A DNA stretch of 64,000 nt from Pirellulales bacterium (GTDB taxonomy: Bacteria > Planctomycetota > Planctomycetia > Pirellulales > PALSA-1355). Shown here one piece after another: positions 60,071 to 64,000 of this stretch. A program made the translations under genes and the position numbers. The first letter of the stretch is position 1. Each line of letters opens with the position of its first letter. The notes under the pieces were generated by a model. That model did not search any database. It was not told the origin of the DNA and saw only the letters and a program-made list of their open reading frames with translations. Location of the stretch: the NCBI GenBank assembly GCA_963733035.1, contig CAVTBU010000005.1:1152001-1216000 (forward strand). The letters are read 5' to 3'.

Positions 60071-63000
60071 TCACGGGGTATACGGTATGCCTAGTCTCTC
60101 TTCCTCCTCTTCCTGAATGATGATTCGGGGAGTGACCATCATCATCAGGCTTTGGGTTTCGCGGCCAATACCAACGTTCTTGAAAAGTCGATTGATGTAG
60201 GGCAGCTTGCTCAAGATCGGCACGCCAAATTCGTTGCGGCCTTCGCTGAGACGTTTGATGCCGCCCAGTAATACGGTGCCACCATCTGGCACGCTAACCG
60301 TGGTGATGACGGAGACAATCGAGAGATTCGGTAGCTGTACGGTGACGCCATCGTTGACCGTTGAGGTCTGGTCCTGCGTCTGCGTCGAATCGCCGGTCGT
60401 ACCACCCGTGGTTTGGCTATCCTGCTGATTCGAGGTGGTCGTGGTTGAACCGGTAAAGCGGAACTCCGTGACATCGTCGATCGTCGTGAACAATGGCAAG
60501 ACGGTAAGTCGCACGAAGCGGCGGTCATGTGAAATCACGGCCTGAACGGTCAGAGAAGTACCCTCGGAGAGCACGGTAATCACCGGCTGGTAGGCTGCCG
60601 CGAAGTCTCCCACGACCGGAATTACGCTGATCACGAATGGTTGTTGCACTCGGTCGATCACGGACGCCTGTTGACCGTTGAAGAGCGTCACCTTCGGAGC
60701 CTGCATTACATTGCTACGGCGGTCTCCCTGGGCAGCCTGCACGAGCAAGAAGGCCTCCAGGTCGCTGAGAATTGCGAATCCAAAGCTCGCCACCGGTACC
60801 GGAGTGCCGAACTGGGGAACGGCCAGCGTGAAACTTTCCTGATTGAACGGAATGGCAAATCCCGTGTTAGGCTGCCCAGCTTGAGTCAAACCGATGACTT
60901 CGCGCTTGTTCTGGGGCGGCACCAACGGATCCGGATTGATGTTGGCACTCGTATTGATGATGTTGAAGTCGAAGTCCACGCCAATTCGTTCGAAGAATGA
61001 GTCCGACAACGTGATGAAGCGCACTTCGATCGTGACCTGCAAGTCCTGATTGCGGCGCAACTGCTCGAGCAGATCGACAATCTCCTCGTGGACGTCTTCT
61101 GTCTGGCTGATCACCAGGCTCAAATTGTTTTGGAACGGCGAGATTGAACCAGGGCCACCCACTTCATCCCAGGTTTGCGGTTTGACCGTCGTCGTGATCA
61201 GGTCGATCAGAGAGTCGAAATTGGCTTGCGATCCGCCGCCCATCCCGCCTGGCCCCATGCTGATTGGCTCACTCATGCCGTTCATCGAGCCTCCCGCACC
61301 GCCCGGCATGAGTTGATTGATCTGGGCCATGATGGCCGGATCAACCAGGGCGCTTGCGTTGGCGCCGTTCTGGCTGGCGACAAAAGCCGAGCCGGGACTG
61401 AGCCCCACGCCGGTGCCGGTCATGTTGTAGCCGTCGGCAATCGCCGCCGTTAGTCCCCAGCGTCCGCTGGGCGAGAAGTTCGGAATCGGGATTACCAGAT
61501 CGGCCACGTCGTACGTCTTGGTCTGCACGACCGTATCGCGCAGTTGCTCGCTGGTGATCTTCAGCACTTCGTTTTGAATGACGTAACTGAGACGCAAGGG
61601 CTCCAGAATCAGGTTCAAGGCGCTCTTAAGCGAGATATCCTGTGAAAGGTCGATCGTCACCGGGGTATCGCTCGAAACCCCCTCCTCTTCGAGACCCTTG
61701 GGATCGAGGTGCAAGTTGACGGCGGCCAGCTTGGCCAGGTGTTCCAGGACTTCGCTCAGCGGCCGATCGCGGAATTTCAAGGAAACGGGCGTCTTCAGCT
61801 TCTTTTCAATTTCCAGCTCCCGTTCATTGCGTCGAGCCTTCCGTTCCGCCATGAGCTGCTGGCGAGATTTTGTCAATTCTTCCCACTTGCGGGGGTTGCC
61901 AAACTGAAAGGGCTGCTGGTCGTCAAACGGGGTCGCGGCTTCCTCCGCCGAGGTCATCTGATCGTAGTAGCCTTCTTCTTTGGCCTCGCGGATGGCGTTG
62001 TTTCGCTGTACGCGGTTGACGAACTTCGTTTGCCATACGAGCTGTTTGACCACGGGATTGTCCGGATCGAGCTCCCGCGCCCGCTTGGCGAGCACTTCCG
62101 CCTCGGCAAATCGCTGTTCGTCCATCAGGCGATTGCAATCGTCCACAATTTTGGCCAGTTTGTCGTCGATGACCAGCTTGGTTTCGAGTCGACGATCGAC
62201 CTCGGCCAGGATCGCCTTATTCTTCTCGTCGAGTTCGATTTCTGCTCGATGCTCGATGATGTACTTGTCGAGTTCGGCGATCTTGCGGTCGACGCGTCGC
62301 AGCAGAATTCCTTTTTGTTCGGCATCGAGGCCCGAGGCGTCGACCGTGGACCGCGCCTCTTTCAGGATTTCCATGGCTTGCTTGGGCTGCTTTTCACGTA
62401 CCTTGTCGGCGGCGATTTCCTTTTTGGCCAGGTCGTTGGAAATTTGACGCGCCAGCAGCGCGTGTTCGGAACCCTGGGCATCGAGCAACATTTCCGGTTT
62501 GGTGCCGCGCGAAGCCGCGGGCGGCGCGGAAAGCAATTGCAAATGATCCTGCAGCCGCTGGGCAGTCGTGGGATCGAGTTGGTCTCGCAACTCGTACGCT
62601 TTGCGGAAGAAGCTCAGGGCTCGCTGCGTATCGCGGTCGCGGAGCGCCTGTTCTCCCGCTCCATAGAGGTGCATCGCCTCGGAAACGTCGCCGGCGACCG
62701 ATTCGGCATCCGCTGTCGAAGGCAATGGTTCGAGCACCTCGACCGATTCAACGTTCTCTTCCGCATCGGAAGGCAGCTCTTCTTGCGCCGCGGCCATTCG
62801 CTCGCGCGTCGCATCGCCACCTTGTTCGTAAACTGCCTGCGCCGTCGGGTAGGACTTGGGCGCTTCGGCGGCCAACGGCTGATCTGCTGACAAGCCGTTG
62901 TCGCCCGGCCGCGACGGCGCAACTCCGGCTTGCCGCCGCGCCGCGGCGATCCGCTCGGCCAGGATCTCTGGCTTGACGTCAAAGGGACTGTAGTTGACCT

Positions 63001-63916
63001 TCATATTTTTGGCATGCTGCACCAGGCGATCTGCCTCGTCGAATTCCTTCCAGCGCAATAGCTGTTGGGCCTCGTCCATTAGCAAATCGGCCATTTGCCT
63101 GCGGGCCGCTTCGTCGTCGCGACCCCGGATCGCAGTGGTAACTTGCTGATAACGACGAATCGCCGATTCCACTTTGTCCGGACTATCGTCGTGAAAGCCG
63201 AAGCTGACGCCCAAGCCGCGGGCAGCTTCCAGCGACTCAGTCGCACGCTGCACGTCGCCCACCGCCAGGGCACGCCGTGCCGAAAGCAAATGGAAATCCG
63301 CTTTTCGCCGTCCGCCGTCGACGCCGCTGACCGCGGGCTGCGTCGGCTTCGGCAGACGCGTCGCGGCGGGCGATTCCTGGTCCGGCGTCGTCGTCGCTCC
63401 CACCGGGGGCAGCAGCGGCTTGACTTGTCCCTGGCTTTGCGGCAATGCCAGCGGCGCTTCCTCACGAGGATCGATCACCTCGGTTGGTATCCGCGGCGTT
63501 GACGACTCGGGCCGCCCGGCGGCCTGCTGTTCGGCTGGCGGCAATTCCGGTGTGAACTTCTCACTCGGCCGCTGAGGATTCGCCGCGGCATTTCCCCGCG
63601 CCGCTTTCAAATCGGCACGCAACTTTCGCGGCGTATCGCCAAAGTGCAAGGGACCGAAATGCGGATCCAGCTTCTCGACGGCCGCCGTCAACGACTCGGC
63701 ATTCTCCCAATCGCCGTGCTTCATCGCGGCTCGGGCAGCGGCCATCATCTTCTCGGCCTGCTGCCGATTGGCCTTCGTTTGCGACTTGCCAAGTTGCGTC
63801 ATCGAGTCGCCGACAACGATGAGGTAGACGCCGTGGCCGGCCGCATGCGCCGTTGCTGGAGCCAGACATACCAAGGCGAAGGCGACGAAATGCCAGAGCG
63901 ATTTCGACGTGTTCAA
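60071..63916 (-). CDS. Large planctomycete secretin (GspD/PilQ family)
   Basis: AGGAG RBS, TTG start and signal peptide; YDVADLV; LIDLITTTVKPQTWDEVGGPG; QVTIEVRF; APKVTLFNGQ; VSVPDGGTVLLGG; GVPILSKLPYINRLFKN; MMVTPRII. Confidence 0.93.
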   Translation of the reverse strand: MNTSKSLWHFVAFALVCLAPATAHAAGHGVYLIVVGDSMTQLGKSQTKANRQQAEKMMAAARAAMKHGDWENAESLTAAVEKLDPHFGPLHFGDTPRKLRADLKAARGNAAANPQRPSEKFTPELPPAEQQAAGRPESSTPRIPTEVIDPREEAPLALPQSQGQVKPLLPPVGATTTPDQESPAATRLPKPTQPAVSGVDGGRRKADFHLLSARRALAVGDVQRATESLEAARGLGVSFGFHDDSPDKVESAIRRYQQVTTAIRGRDDEAARRQMADLLMDEAQQLLRWKEFDEADRLVQHAKNMKVNYSPFDVKPEILAERIAAARRQAGVAPSRPGDNGLSADQPLAAEAPKSYPTAQAVYEQGGDATRERMAAAQEELPSDAEENVESVEVLEPLPSTADAESVAGDVSEAMHLYGAGEQALRDRDTQRALSFFRKAYELRDQLDPTTAQRLQDHLQLLSAPPAASRGTKPEMLLDAQGSEHALLARQISNDLAKKEIAADKVREKQPKQAMEILKEARSTVDASGLDAEQKGILLRRVDRKIAELDKYIIEHRAEIELDEKNKAILAEVDRRLETKLVIDDKLAKIVDDCNRLMDEQRFAEAEVLAKRARELDPDNPVVKQLVWQTKFVNRVQRNNAIREAKEEGYYDQMTSAEEAATPFDDQQPFQFGNPRKWEELTKSRQQLMAERKARRNERELEIEKKLKTPVSLKFRDRPLSEVLEHLAKLAAVNLHLDPKGLEEEGVSSDTPVTIDLSQDISLKSALNLILEPLRLSYVIQNEVLKITSEQLRDTVVQTKTYDVADLVIPIPNFSPSGRWGLTAAIADGYNMTGTGVGLSPGSAFVASQNGANASALVDPAIMAQINQLMPGGAGGSMNGMSEPISMGPGGMGGGSQANFDSLIDLITTTVKPQTWDEVGGPGSISPFQNNLSLVISQTEDVHEEIVDLLEQLRRNQDLQVTIEVRFITLSDSFFERIGVDFDFNIINTSANINPDPLVPPQNKREVIGLTQAGQPNTGFAIPFNQESFTLAVPQFGTPVPVASFGFAILSDLEAFLLVQAAQGDRRSNVMQAPKVTLFNGQQASVIDRVQQPFVISVIPVVGDFAAAYQPVITVLSEGTSLTVQAVISHDRRFVRLTVLPLFTTIDDVTEFRFTGSTTTTSNQQDSQTTGGTTGDSTQTQDQTSTVNDGVTVQLPNLSIVSVITTVSVPDGGTVLLGGIKRLSEGRNEFGVPILSKLPYINRLFKNVGIGRETQSLMMMVTPRIIIQEEEEERLGIPYTP

Positions 63917-64000
63917 GACGATTCTCCTATTGAGACGCACGCCATCCAGGGACTGCTGGCCCGGCAACCCAGGTTTCCGATCATGCCGAACCAATGCGCG

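Overview
GC-rich bacterial chromosomal segment. The gene content (BBP7-type beta-barrel, very large secretin, Cys-rich secreted protein, Tat-exported Gfo/Idh/MocA enzyme) points to a planctomycete, probably Pirellulales-like; this is an inference. The backbone is mostly housekeeping: glmS, kdsB, pyrG, mraZ, a fabF-like synthase, carA, trpF, ahcY, parAB with two parS sites, tRNA-Ile2(CAU) and tRNA-Pro(UGG). At least nine small frameshifts, two of them in pyrG, suggest uncorrected long-read assembly errors. Highlights: (1) a four-gene operon at 13.5-19.6 kb encoding a coiled-coil protein with 4 x ~174-aa repeats, an FGE/SUMF1-fold protein, a Zn-ribbon TRAFAC GTPase and a GAP1-N2-like protein, resembling GTPase-centred conflict systems; (2) a 5.3-kb IS1-family cargo transposon at 27095-32417 with 25-bp TIRs and an 8-bp target duplication. 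It carries a divergent small RHH regulator, mirrored promoters, a predicted antisense RNA, and a RelE-like toxin/HTH antitoxin pair whose toxin is interrupted by a nested IS3; (3) a candidate structured sRNA or attenuator at about 20.82-20.94 kb; (4) an unannotated XRE-HTH gene beside tRNA-Ile2; (5) a pseudokinase, a degenerate BY-kinase/ExeA/Wzc-like trio and an orphan EboD-like cyclase.
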